Origin: Alphaproteobacteria bacterium
Lineage (GTDB): Bacteria > Pseudomonadota > Alphaproteobacteria > RF32 > CAG-239
Length of the DNA: 64,000 nt
Direction of reading: 5' to 3'
NCBI GenBank assembly: GCA_017444525.1
Contig: JAFSWL010000022.1
Location: 73,879 to 137,878 of the forward strand
Shown: in pieces, positions 48,274 to 59,322 of the stretch
Numbering within the stretch: position 1 is the stretch's first letter
How the letters are laid out: each line of letters opens with the position of its first letter
Notes under the pieces: model-generated
What the model was told of the DNA's origin: nothing
The model's database searches: none
The model's input: only the letters and a program-made list of their open reading frames with translations
Program-made: the position numbers and the translations under genes

Positions 48274-48972
48274 TTAAGAGCTTATGAATCTTAAGGGTGG
48301 ATTCCCGCATTTTTCGAGCCTGCATTTGAGAAGTATACCGACATATTCGCGATATTTTTGCAAAACCTCAGGAATGTTGGCAAATTTAGTTTTACCGATG
48401 AGCCGTGTCCATAACCGGTAGTCTTCCGCCGGAGAAAACTCAGACTCATAATGAATATTATTGACCGTCAAAACCGATTTTCTAATCATCGCCGACGGGT
48501 GTAAGATACTGCAATTATACATTAAATCGCGCTCAATTTGACTGTTTATAATGTATCTTTTTTTAATTTTTGTACGCGGAAAGCGTTCATACCAAGTACC
48601 GACAACACCTATTTCCGGATGAGAATCCAAAAATGCCACTTCTTTGGCAAAGCGCTCCGGCAAGGCTATATCATCATGGTCCATCACCGCTATATACTCA
48701 CCGCGCGACATAGATAACAATTTGTTGCGCGTAGCCGATATACCCATATTATGCAGATTTTTAGCATATATTATACGTTTATCTTTATATGACTTTACAA
48801 TATTTTCGACTGATTGCTCGGGACAATCGTCCAGAATTAAAAATTCAAAGTCGGTATATGTTTGATTTAAAATACTCTCTATTGCTTCTTTCAAATAATT
48901 TTCCGGTGTGTTATATACCGGCATTAAGACGGAAACTTTTGGTTTTCCGATTTTTTCACTGTCTATACTCAT
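48274..48972 (-). CDS. family 2 glycosyltransferase
   Basis: The sequence VSVLMPVYN....L.EAIESILNQTY.DFE.LILDD and a DHDD motif are present. Confidence 0.8.
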   Translation of the reverse strand: MSIDSEKIGKPKVSVLMPVYNTPENYLKEAIESILNQTYTDFEFLILDDCPEQSVENIVKSYKDKRIIYAKNLHNMGISATRNKLLSMSRGEYIAVMDHDDIALPERFAKEVAFLDSHPEIGVVGTWYERFPRTKIKKRYIINSQIERDLMYNCSILHPSAMIRKSVLTVNNIHYESEFSPAEDYRLWTRLIGKTKFANIPEVLQKYREYVGILLKCRLEKCGNPPLRFISS

Positions 48973-49270
48973 TTCTAACGTCCTTTTTGGTTACAAAAAA
49001 GCCCGCATTTTGAGGCGGGCGGATGTTAGAAAACCGTATACAACCAGACGGCTCGACGTTTTCGCGCGCAAAGCCTTATTAAGCCGACATCCGTCCAACA
49101 AAGACGTATTGTCAGTTACTGTTATTTAAAGTCATGGATCCATGACTGGTTGTATAAAGGGTTTTCTAAGCCCTCGGTCGTATTCTTTTCTAAGGAACAC
49201 AACCTGTTTATAAGTTATTTTATTTTTTTATGATTGGCAAGAACGATTTTAAGTATGCGCATAATAATAA

Positions 49271-49294
49271 GAAAAAAGCCCTCAAAAGAGGGCC
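49271..49294 (-). terminator. greA intrinsic terminator
   Basis: On the minus strand GCCCTCTTTTGAGGGC is followed by a T-run. Confidence 0.6.
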
Positions 49295-49302
49295 TTAAAG
49301 GT

Positions 49303-49776
49303 TTATAACCATTTGACTTGCAAAATTTCATACGAGCGCTTGCCCGATGGTGCCAGATATTCGGCAATATCGCCGATTTCTTTGCCGATAAGCGCCTTAG
49401 CCAGCGGCGAAGAAAGCGAGATTTTATTCTTTTCAATATCTGCTTCATAATCGCCGACAATTTGATATTCGCGTTCTTCATCATTATCGATGTTTGCTAC
49501 CAGAACCGTAGCGCCGAAACGCACAATATTGCCGCTCATCTGGGTCGGATCAATCACTTGAGCGCGGCTGATAACCGCTTCCAATTCCTGAATACGGCCT
49601 TCGTTAAAACTCTGTTTTTCTTTTGCTGCAGAATATTCGGCATTCTCCGACAAATCGCCTTTTGCTCTGGCTTCGGCAATTTCTTCAATAATACTCGGGC
49701 GATCTTCTCCCTTACGTCTCTTTAATTCTTGTTCCAACATGGCATAACCTGCCTTTGTCAACGGAAACTTTTCCAT
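49303..49776 (-). CDS. greA: transcription elongation factor GreA
   Basis: I moved the start to MEKFPLTKAGY at 49776, which has a GGAGG RBS. A coiled-coil N-terminus and an FKBP-like C-terminus are present. Confidence 0.9.
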   Translation of the reverse strand: MEKFPLTKAGYAMLEQELKRRKGEDRPSIIEEIAEARAKGDLSENAEYSAAKEKQSFNEGRIQELEAVISRAQVIDPTQMSGNIVRFGATVLVANIDNDEEREYQIVGDYEADIEKNKISLSSPLAKALIGKEIGDIAEYLAPSGKRSYEILQVKWL

Positions 49777-49930
49777 TTTATCCTCCAAAAATCAAACAAA
49801 AAACACCTATATTTGTTATATAGGCATCCTCTTTAAGGTTAAAAAATCCGACTGCAGAATCACTTCGCAGTCGCAACATATTGACTTTATAATATGAAGT
49901 TTTGCACAAAAATCAAGTATTTTTTTGTAT

Positions 49931-51667
49931 TTATTTGTTCAAACTTTGGATTTGATAAAATTCGTAATAAGCACCTTTGGCTGCCAACAGTTTATCGTGA
50001 CTTCCCTCTTCTATGATTTTGCCGTTATCCATCACCACCAACCTATCCATCTCGCGCAAAGTGGAAAGCCGATGGGCAATCGCAATAACAGTTTTACCTT
50101 TCATCAATTTTCTAAGCGACTTTTGAATATATTGCTCGCTTTCGCTGTCGAGTGCCGAAGTTGCCTCATCCAAAATCAGAATCGGCGCATTTTTCAAAAT
50201 AGCTCTGGCAATGGCAATGCGCTGCCGTTCACCGCCGGAAAGCATTACCCCGCGCTCGCCGACCCTGCTGTCGTACCCGTGCGGAAGGCGGCGAATAAAT
50301 TCATCAGCATAGGCCATTCGAGCTGCCTTTATTACTTCTTCATCGGTAGCGTCTATTCTGCCGTAGCGAATATTTTCCATTATGGTACGGTTAAACAACG
50401 TGGTATCTTGCGGAATCACGGCAATTTGTGCGCGCAAGCTGTTTTGACGCACTTTTGATATATCTTCGCCACCGACTGTAATTTTGCCGCCGTTTACATC
50501 ATAATAACGCACCAAAAGCTTTATCAAGGTCGATTTACCGCTGCCGGAATGACCGACCAGTCCGACTTTTTCGCCGGTTTTTATTTTGAGATTGAATTTA
50601 TCAAACAAGTTTTCCTTACATTCATAATGATAGGTAATTTTATTAAAATTGATGGCATTGCCGCGCATTTGAATATTACGGGCATCAGGCGCGTCTTGAA
50701 CCTGATACGGCTGAAAAATCAAATTCAATCCGTCTTTTACCTGTCCGTAATCCTGTGAAAATTCGCCGGCAAAAAAGCCGATATTAGTAATTTCCATCAT
50801 CAAACCGTTCATCAGCGATGTCGACATTACTACATCAGCCAATTCCAACCGACCGAGATACCAAAAATAAAAAACACAAATGCACGATGCCAAATATACG
50901 ACATAGAACAATGTTTTGCCTTGCAAATCGTATAATGCGTCTTTGGTGCGTTCTTCCTGTTCGGACCGTACGGCTGTGCGTAAAACACGATAAAAATAGC
51001 TTTTTTCATAAAAATAATTGGCAAAACTTTTAACCAAATCGGAATTAGTTACCGTGTCGATAAAAACTCCGTCGGCTTCAGCATGAAAACGAGCACGTTT
51101 TTCCGAATAAGAACCGATTTTTTTGCGAATAGCGATATTTACACCCAAAAAAATCAGATTCAAAACGCTGATAATCCCTCCCATCAATAAATCGGCACGG
51201 CAAATCAAAAATAAACTGGCAATTATTCCGGTTATTGGTCGCAATAAACCAAACAAAACGCTGGCATAAATATCACGAATTCCGGATACGATATTTTTGG
51301 CTTTAGAAGCGACTTTTCCCGACATTTCTATATTAAAAAAGTTGATAGATTGATGATGTACGGCGGCAAAAAGATCTTTATAAATCAAACTCGAAAAATA
51401 CGGCTGAAATTTGCCGCCGAAATAACGCCAAATATAATTGGTAGTACCTTCCAACAGCAAAAAGAAAGCCATAAGCCCGATATAAAATATAATCTTGTTC
51501 AAAATGCTTTTATCGGTGGCATAATCCGGCAATATACCTATTGTCTGCGACATGGCATAAACTTCGCCTCTGTCGGCAACACTGCGGACAATCATCGCCG
51601 CAACGATGACCGAAGCCATAAATTTGGTTTTGCGCAAGTATTTTAAGATAAAGGCAAATACATTCAT
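49931..51667 (-). CDS. ABC exporter with fused transmembrane and ATPase domains
   Basis: Walker A GHSGSGKST, signature LSGGERQRIAIARA and Walker [13 protein letters not shown] are present. An ATGA start/stop overlap joins it to the upstream LOG-family gene. Confidence 0.85.
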   Translation of the reverse strand: MNVFAFILKYLRKTKFMASVIVAAMIVRSVADRGEVYAMSQTIGILPDYATDKSILNKIIFYIGLMAFFLLLEGTTNYIWRYFGGKFQPYFSSLIYKDLFAAVHHQSINFFNIEMSGKVASKAKNIVSGIRDIYASVLFGLLRPITGIIASLFLICRADLLMGGIISVLNLIFLGVNIAIRKKIGSYSEKRARFHAEADGVFIDTVTNSDLVKSFANYFYEKSYFYRVLRTAVRSEQEERTKDALYDLQGKTLFYVVYLASCICVFYFWYLGRLELADVVMSTSLMNGLMMEITNIGFFAGEFSQDYGQVKDGLNLIFQPYQVQDAPDARNIQMRGNAINFNKITYHYECKENLFDKFNLKIKTGEKVGLVGHSGSGKSTLIKLLVRYYDVNGGKITVGGEDISKVRQNSLRAQIAVIPQDTTLFNRTIMENIRYGRIDATDEEVIKAARMAYADEFIRRLPHGYDSRVGERGVMLSGGERQRIAIARAILKNAPILILDEATSALDSESEQYIQKSLRKLMKGKTVIAIAHRLSTLREMDRLVVMDNGKIIEEGSHDKLLAAKGAYYEFYQIQSLNK

Positions 51668-52614
51668 TCCATCATCTCTTTGCGGCGTTTTTTCAAAGCG
51701 GCCAATTTTTCGCTGACAATACCGGTATCTTTGCCGGCCTGTGCCAAGCGATTATACATTTTTTCGATTTCGTTTTCAAAATAAGCTGTGCGAACTTCGT
51801 CCTGCAATACCTGTCTATCAAAATCCGTGCCGTGCTCTTTGATAAAATCCATCCGTTCGGTGCAAGTTTCTACATCCATATCATAATTTTCTTTTTGTTT
51901 GATATAATACGGCAACTCATAAATCAGCTTTCGTGCCATTACAAAAACTTCCTTACTGTTGTGGCAATCTATTTTTTTGAGCTTCAGCCAGCGAAAAGCT
52001 ATTTCCATCTCATCGGCATTATCCACCACAATAAACGGCACCGGATCGGCAAATCCTTCTTGCGCAATATGTTTCAAAAATTCGAGCAGGTGGTGGAAAA
52101 AACCGTTGATATTATAGATAATAAATGGTTTAATCGGCAACATTTCATCTTGCATAGCCACACAATCGTATGCCAACTCATCCAAAGTGCCGACACCGCC
52201 TGGGGTAAACACCACAAAATCGGCTTTCAGAAGTTTGCGCTTGCGTTCTTCCAACGTGCGCGCCACCACAATATCCATTTTGCGAATAAGGTCATCATCG
52301 CTCGGATATAAATCAAAATATTTTTTGGTGGTAATACCCTGTATCGGGAACTCACCTTTTCCTTCTTGTTTATCGTTCCACCCGTCGATAACTCCTCTGG
52401 CCACCGCCCCCATAATCCCTCTGTTAGATAGTCCGAAGTCAAGTTTAAATTCCATTTCAACAATTTTACGCCCCAGAATATATGCTTCATGAGCATATTG
52501 TTTTTCGTTGCCGGAACGCGAACCACCGGCGACAAATACTCTGATACCGGCCTTTTTATTCTCTTTTTTAAAACTTTCCAGATACTTTTCATTAACTTCG
52601 GTTTTATTTGCCAT
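51664..52614 (-). CDS. LOG-family (TIGR00730) nucleotide-binding protein with a C-terminal extension of about 100 aa
   Basis: It has a PGGVGTLDE motif and a Rossmann-like core. Confidence 0.65.
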   Translation of the reverse strand: MANKTEVNEKYLESFKKENKKAGIRVFVAGGSRSGNEKQYAHEAYILGRKIVEMEFKLDFGLSNRGIMGAVARGVIDGWNDKQEGKGEFPIQGITTKKYFDLYPSDDDLIRKMDIVVARTLEERKRKLLKADFVVFTPGGVGTLDELAYDCVAMQDEMLPIKPFIIYNINGFFHHLLEFLKHIAQEGFADPVPFIVVDNADEMEIAFRWLKLKKIDCHNSKEVFVMARKLIYELPYYIKQKENYDMDVETCTERMDFIKEHGTDFDRQVLQDEVRTAYFENEIEKMYNRLAQAGKDTGIVSEKLAALKKRRKEMME

Positions 52615-52615
52615 A

Positions 52616-53743
<1,128 letters not shown>

Positions 53744-54889
53744 CTATCCCTTAAAAACATGGCTTCCGGCAGGTACCGATGTGCCGAAACCTTTTTCTAA
53801 ATCATTCTGACGGACATATCCTATAGCTCCGTCATCCATAATAATCTGATACCACTTCTTGTCAACAGTATATCCGACAATCCGAACAGTTTGCATTTTA
53901 TAAGCATGACGCAGTGGCGAGTAACGTGCATCTGGACCGTAATAAACCACGCAATCATCTGCAATATGCCAAATATCATCTTGTTCATAAGGGTTGCTGC
54001 CTGTTTTTATAATGTGAGATTCCACCATATCAGACGGCACAAGATATCCTCCGATTTGTCGCACTTCATAATACTCGTTTTCCGTAGCTGTGCCGCGTAC
54101 AAATATGCCGTTTCGCTCCATAACATATAAGGTCGATAAAAGTACACATAAAAAAATTATCAGTGGAAAAATCATCTGTTTGCGCTTTAATTCGGCGGAA
54201 TTCCAGTACGGCAAAACAACTTTTTTATCCGGATGAAAATCCAGCATTTCTATAAACTTACCGATATATAACAGTGTATGCTCATCGGTAATCTGCATTG
54301 ATTCGGCCTGTTTGGCATAAATCCATGCCATTTCTTTATTGTTTTCCTGTTCATAAGCCACAGCGTTATGTATCAGCAATTTCAAATTATCTCTATCATC
54401 GGCAGACACTGTTTGCATATTATAGCGAATCACCGACAATGTTCGATTAAATCCGTTTTTGTGCCACCAACCTTTAAGCCAGTTGTTTACTGAAGTGGTC
54501 AACACCATATTGCCGGCTTCACTGATATTGCATATATCTTTACGTTCCTGCAAACTTTTACCAACGCAAATACGCTGCTTTAAAACACGAAGTGCCTTAT
54601 CATCATTATCCTTTTGATTTTTATAAATTTTCAGTGAACCGATAAGCGGAAAATCTTTGGCTGTGTAAATGCATGACAGCAGATCATAAATCAATCTGGT
54701 TCGCGGATTTTGCAAAATACCGTATGCTACCGATGTCATCTGAAACATATCCTGAGCGTTGGGACTGGTATTATGATCAGGATGCCAATATTTTGCTTTC
54801 TGATAATACTGTTTTTTTATTACGGAAATATCTTCAGCATAATCAACCCCCAAAATTGCATAATACCCAAGCGCATCAAAATTTGACAC
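53744..54889 (-). CDS. membrane-anchored J-domain protein with a C-terminal SH3-like domain
   Basis: An N-terminal J-domain carries HPD (YWHPDHN). A central transmembrane segment is IFPLIIFLCVLLSTLYV and the C-terminus has an SH3b-like domain. Confidence 0.55.
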   Translation of the reverse strand: MSNFDALGYYAILGVDYAEDISVIKKQYYQKAKYWHPDHNTSPNAQDMFQMTSVAYGILQNPRTRLIYDLLSCIYTAKDFPLIGSLKIYKNQKDNDDKALRVLKQRICVGKSLQERKDICNISEAGNMVLTTSVNNWLKGWWHKNGFNRTLSVIRYNMQTVSADDRDNLKLLIHNAVAYEQENNKEMAWIYAKQAESMQITDEHTLLYIGKFIEMLDFHPDKKVVLPYWNSAELKRKQMIFPLIIFLCVLLSTLYVMERNGIFVRGTATENEYYEVRQIGGYLVPSDMVESHIIKTGSNPYEQDDIWHIADDCVVYYGPDARYSPLRHAYKMQTVRIVGYTVDKKWYQIIMDDGAIGYVRQNDLEKGFGTSVPAGSHVFKG

Positions 54890-55671
54890 TATTTCTCTCC
54901 TTTTGGCAGTATTTTGCGAGCAATTTGCATAATATCGGCCGCGGCCTCGGAATTCGGATAGCGGTTCAGCAATAGAAAGCGATTGCGGATAGCGTCTCTC
55001 ACTCTGGTATCACGGCGGACGACTCCCAACAATAAAGGGGTTTGCGTAATATATTCTTCACAAGCGCGGCGTAAAATATTATAGGTTTGCAAACCTTCTT
55101 CATAGGATTGAGCATAATTAACGATAATCTGCATGTTCTTATAACGCTCGGAAACCGCCGCGGTCTGCAAAAACTTATATGTAGATACCAAATTTGATGG
55201 TTCTTTGGTACACACCAAAATCAAATTACTTTCCGGCGGCAAAATATTTTGCGCTATCTTTTCCGATGCCGGCAGATCCAACAATAAATAATCATAATCG
55301 CAAGCAAGACACATTACGTCATCCCGCAAAATTTGCAGGCGACCGACAGGAGTACTCTCCAATATATTGCCTCCCGTATCACCTGATATAACATCAAATT
55401 TGCGCCGATTTACAGAGATTATTGCTTGATTGAGCGTTGCCGTCGATGACACCACGTCATTCAGTGAAAAAGGTGCCTTTTGTTCAATCTGCGCGGAAAC
55501 ATTTAATAAACCATTGTCCGCATCAAACAGTAAAACCGATTGTTGTAGCATATTCAGAGCGTGCGATAATGTAACCGCGAGCCATGTTTTACCCATACTG
55601 CCCACACCCGAGGTTATGGCAATTACATTGTTCTTTCGCTGCAAAAATAAGTTTTTATTTATATTTATCAT
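54889..55671 (-). CDS. MinD/ParA-family P-loop ATPase
   Basis: It has a deviant Walker A SGVGSMGKT and overlaps the downstream J-domain gene by 1 nt. Confidence 0.6.
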   Translation of the reverse strand: MININKNLFLQRKNNVIAITSGVGSMGKTWLAVTLSHALNMLQQSVLLFDADNGLLNVSAQIEQKAPFSLNDVVSSTATLNQAIISVNRRKFDVISGDTGGNILESTPVGRLQILRDDVMCLACDYDYLLLDLPASEKIAQNILPPESNLILVCTKEPSNLVSTYKFLQTAAVSERYKNMQIIVNYAQSYEEGLQTYNILRRACEEYITQTPLLLGVVRRDTRVRDAIRNRFLLLNRYPNSEAAADIMQIARKILPKGEK

Positions 55672-55811
55672 CTTGTACTTTTCATTTTTCTTTTGTATTA
55701 TGTTACAAAATAATTGTTTTTATGCAATCGGTTAAAATCTTTTTAACACAATTTATTTATGTTTAAAGAGACTTATGTGGCAATATCGGAGATATAAAAC
55801 AGGTGCGGACA

Positions 55812-56801
55812 ATGAAAAATTTTTGTTTTTTTATCTTTTTGTTAATTTTCGGTTTTATTGCATCCGTTTCGGCGGAAGAAACCTCGGGTATGGTTAAAGT
55901 GGAAAATTATTTCAGCACGCCTCTTTTAACCGTAGGGTTGGTAGATTATCCTCCTTTTTCTCGCTATGTTTCAAAAAGAAAAAACAGTTCAATGCTTGAT
56001 TTAGAAAGTGCTTTATTGCAGCCGACAATAGACGTTTTAAAAAAACACGGTATCAACATAGTGCCTCAACTACTCACGGCAGATGAATTAGATCCCAAAA
56101 TGCTGACACTTGCTGTTCGCAGCGGTAAATATCATTTATATATAGGTGCTTATTCAAACACACATCTATACAAAGGCTTACAATTGATTTTTCCGGCGAG
56201 TATTGCCAACCCGATACATCTGATTACAATAAAGGAAAACACCTCTAACATTAAGAATCGTAATGAATTGAAAAATTTGCGCGGTGTAATGTCTAAAACC
56301 GAACAAATAAGCGATTTTATAGCGCAGCAAATAAAAGAATTGGGTGTAGAATACGTAGATACTCCTTATGAAGGTTATGAAAAACTTATTATGGGAGATG
56401 CAGACTATATGCTGGGTGGGCTGTATTATAACCGTATGATGGCCAGCCATTACGGATTAGGCAGCTTTTTAGCTTATTCTCATCAACCGCTATTTAAAAT
56501 TCCGTTATTTATTGCTATATCCAAAGTAACACCGCGACTTTCTCAATATATGGAAATTTTTCAGGAAGAATTTTCTAAACCGGATTATGCCAATGCCGTA
56601 AAGAAAGAAATTTTGCGACTGGTTACTGAGGAAGAAAAATTTTATGCCGGAGCGGTTCCTCCGTCCTTTGCACGGCATAATATTGAAGAAAAACAGGAAG
56701 AATATCTTGATGTCGACGATGATGTAACGGTTAATTCCGGACACATTATCGAGCAGCAGGTCAAAGAGAGATCAATTGATGATGTTTTGGAAGGAATTTA
56801 G
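55812..56801 (+). CDS. periplasmic protein of unknown function (possible solute-binding fold)
   Basis: I set the start to the ATG at 55812, which has an AGGTG RBS. The signal peptide is MKNFCFFIFLLIFGFIASVSA. Confidence 0.45.
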   Translation: MKNFCFFIFLLIFGFIASVSAEETSGMVKVENYFSTPLLTVGLVDYPPFSRYVSKRKNSSMLDLESALLQPTIDVLKKHGINIVPQLLTADELDPKMLTLAVRSGKYHLYIGAYSNTHLYKGLQLIFPASIANPIHLITIKENTSNIKNRNELKNLRGVMSKTEQISDFIAQQIKELGVEYVDTPYEGYEKLIMGDADYMLGGLYYNRMMASHYGLGSFLAYSHQPLFKIPLFIAISKVTPRLSQYMEIFQEEFSKPDYANAVKKEILRLVTEEEKFYAGAVPPSFARHNIEEKQEEYLDVDDDVTVNSGHIIEQQVKERSIDDVLEGI

Positions 56802-56809
56802 GAGGTTAT

Positions 56810-57475
56810 ATGGTTCTTTTGGTGCATAGCAATATTTTACCGCACTGCCGTAAGATTCGGATTTTGATGGCCGAAAAAAGGATGCTGTATGTTTTAAAGG
56901 AAGAAACACCATGGGCATTATCAACAGATATAAAGAAAATCAATCCGGCAGGTGAATTACCTGTGTTTATTTTTGACGGCAATATTATCGCCGGTAATTA
57001 TGCCATTACCGAATTTTTGGAAGAAACTTATACCCAAAACCGCTTAATTAACGGTAACAATAAAGAACGCGCCGAAACCAGAAGATTGATCGATTGGTTT
57101 GACAACAAGTTTTATCGCGAAGTTTATCAATATATTGTAGGTGAAAAAGTTTATAAGCGTTTTGCTTTGCATCAACCTCCCGAATCTAAACGAATCCAAG
57201 TCGGAATCAATAATCTGCGCTTTCATTTGGAATATATTGATTGGATGGTTGAGCGCAATAATTATCTTGTCAACGGCGGTTTTTCGCTGGCAGATATAAG
57301 TGCGGCAGCGCAGCTTTCCGTCATTGATTATTTGGGCGATGTGCCGTGGGAAGATTTTAAGAACGCCAAGCAATGGTATTCACAAATTAAATCACGACCG
57401 AGTTTTAAAGAGATTTTAAATGATCGAATCAAGAATATTTATCCGTCAACCCATTATACAAATTTGGATTTTTAA
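56810..57475 (+). CDS. glutathione S-transferase family protein
   Basis: An AGGAGG RBS precedes it. It has a thioredoxin-like GST N-domain and a GST C-domain. Confidence 0.7.
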   Translation: MVLLVHSNILPHCRKIRILMAEKRMLYVLKEETPWALSTDIKKINPAGELPVFIFDGNIIAGNYAITEFLEETYTQNRLINGNNKERAETRRLIDWFDNKFYREVYQYIVGEKVYKRFALHQPPESKRIQVGINNLRFHLEYIDWMVERNNYLVNGGFSLADISAAAQLSVIDYLGDVPWEDFKNAKQWYSQIKSRPSFKEILNDRIKNIYPSTHYTNLDF

Positions 57476-57476
57476 T

Positions 57477-57935
57477 ATGAGATATTTATTGATTTTAATG
57501 AGTTTCTTTTTAGGTGCCTGTTCCTCCTACGGCGGTAAAGGTCAAATTATTTATCACTGGGAACGCGAAAATACCGGTGTTGCCAAATTTTCACGCGACC
57601 ATTCCGAATGTTTGAAGCAGGCCGAAGGCTGGTTTCATTGGCCGCACATATCAAACTGGTTTTATTCGGAAGAATATCGCTATAATATCCATGTCGATTG
57701 GCATAAAGAAAAAGGTATTTGGGCCAGTTATGTACCATACCGCGGGGCTTCGCCGCTGCTAGTAAATTCTATACGAGATTCTGCCGAGTCAAATCCGAAA
57801 GATTACCGTTTATGTATGGAAAAGAAAGGCTATTGGCATCGCAGATATGATATTCCGACAGTGAGTAACGTATTTGTTTATAAACCGCAAAGACCGGCAG
57901 ACAGAATTCCGTTTGAGGATCTTAATTATCGATAA
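57477..57935 (+). CDS. lipoprotein (152 aa)
   Basis: I set the start at MRYLLILMSFFLGAC, which contains the lipobox LGAC, immediately after the GST stop codon. Confidence 0.5.
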   Translation: MRYLLILMSFFLGACSSYGGKGQIIYHWERENTGVAKFSRDHSECLKQAEGWFHWPHISNWFYSEEYRYNIHVDWHKEKGIWASYVPYRGASPLLVNSIRDSAESNPKDYRLCMEKKGYWHRRYDIPTVSNVFVYKPQRPADRIPFEDLNYR

Positions 57936-57939
57936 AGCT

Positions 57940-59322
57940 TCACTGTACAGGGGCTCCGATAGCTTTATAAAAAGCGACAAGACTTTGCAAAATCTGAGCC
58001 TGAGAGGCAATATACTCTTGCTGTGCGCTTAAAAGATTTTGTTGGGTGCGGGCAACCTCTGAAAATTCTATCAAACCATTGATATATTTTTGCTGTGTCA
58101 GTTTTGCTGCGGTTTGCATATTGGTTACGGCAGCACATTTGCGGTCAGCGGCAATTTGATTTTGCTTAAATGAAGTTTGGGCATTTTTTATTTCTGCTAT
58201 CGCATTAAGCACCGTTTGTTTATAGTTTTCCGATATTTCCTGACGGATGTGCTCTTGCAGCTCAATATTGTTTTGCAACTTATTCCAATCCAATAAAGGC
58301 ATAGTTAACAAAGGTGCATAATTATATGTCTGACTGCTTGAGCGAATCAATTTACTGCCACCTGATGCCGCATATCCCCATAAACCGCTGATACTTATAT
58401 CCGGATATAATTCGGCCACAGCTTTGCCGACCAAAGCATTTTGTGCTATCAACTGCTGTTCGACAGCCGCTACATCAGGTCGCAGTCGTATAACATATAG
58501 TGGGAAGGAATTGAGTTCCGGCTCAACTTTTTTATGTAGCAACTTATGAGCATCGGCTTTTTTCAGGGACAATTCCGACGGAATTACTCCAACAACCGTT
58601 GCCAAAGCATTTCTATATTTTTCTATCTGCTCACGATAAACAGGAAGCTGTGCTTTAGTATTCTCAAGCAAATATTGTGCTTCGCTATAAGCTGTTTCAT
58701 CGCTTAGCCCATTTTGATATTTGGTCTTTACCGTATCTAAAATATCTTGTTGTAGACGAACATTTTGTTCTGCTATACGTAAATTTTCCATATTTTGCAG
58801 CAAATACACATAGTCTGCAACAACTTCAGCAGCTACCGTTAAGCGCACATCACGTACCGTATATTCTGCCGCCGATAAAGTTGCAGCATCTGCTTTGATT
58901 TGTTGTCTTCCTTTACCCCATAAATCAAGTTCCCATGATGCATCGAATCCGGCAGAATAATAATGTGAATCTGCTGCTAATCCGATATTTTTACTGGTCT
59001 TATTATAATTATATCCGCCTTTCAAACCGACTTGCGGCAAATAATCAGCCTGATTTATCTGTAATGAAGCCCGTGCTTGCCGCAATCGAGCTATGGCAAT
59101 ATTAACATCTGTGCTATTTTGCAAACCTTGTTCCACCAATCCGGTTAATTGCGAATCGGCAAACTGCTTATACCAATTGCATGGTAAAGAAGCGGTGTTT
59201 TGGAGATTGAGTTCTTGCGCTATAGTTGCTTCATTATAAAACAGCGGACGCTCGTAGTCAGGTCCGACACTGCAAGATAAACATAATAGGCAAACTACGC
59301 TGCATAATAAGGCTTTATACAT
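57940..59322 (-). CDS. outer-membrane efflux factor (TolC/NodT-family lipoprotein)
   Basis: I moved the start to MYKALLCSVVCLLCLSC, which contains the lipobox LSC and has an AAGGAG RBS. It has the two-repeat OMF architecture and overlaps the end of the acrB-like gene by 8 nt. Confidence 0.8.
   Translation of the reverse strand: MYKALLCSVVCLLCLSCSVGPDYERPLFYNEATIAQELNLQNTASLPCNWYKQFADSQLTGLVEQGLQNSTDVNIAIARLRQARASLQINQADYLPQVGLKGGYNYNKTSKNIGLAADSHYYSAGFDASWELDLWGKGRQQIKADAATLSAAEYTVRDVRLTVAAEVVADYVYLLQNMENLRIAEQNVRLQQDILDTVKTKYQNGLSDETAYSEAQYLLENTKAQLPVYREQIEKYRNALATVVGVIPSELSLKKADAHKLLHKKVEPELNSFPLYVIRLRPDVAAVEQQLIAQNALVGKAVAELYPDISISGLWGYAASGGSKLIRSSSQTYNYAPLLTMPLLDWNKLQNNIELQEHIRQEISENYKQTVLNAIAEIKNAQTSFKQNQIAADRKCAAVTNMQTAAKLTQQKYINGLIEFSEVARTQQNLLSAQQEYIASQAQILQSLVAFYKAIGAPVQ

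Noticed and set aside
49000-49260. RNase P RNA, SRP RNA or 6S RNA
   Set aside because: The conserved RNase P motifs (GGAAAGUCCGG, ACAGAAA) and the SRP domain IV motif are absent, and the region is too short for RNase P. It is kept only as a generic candidate sRNA.
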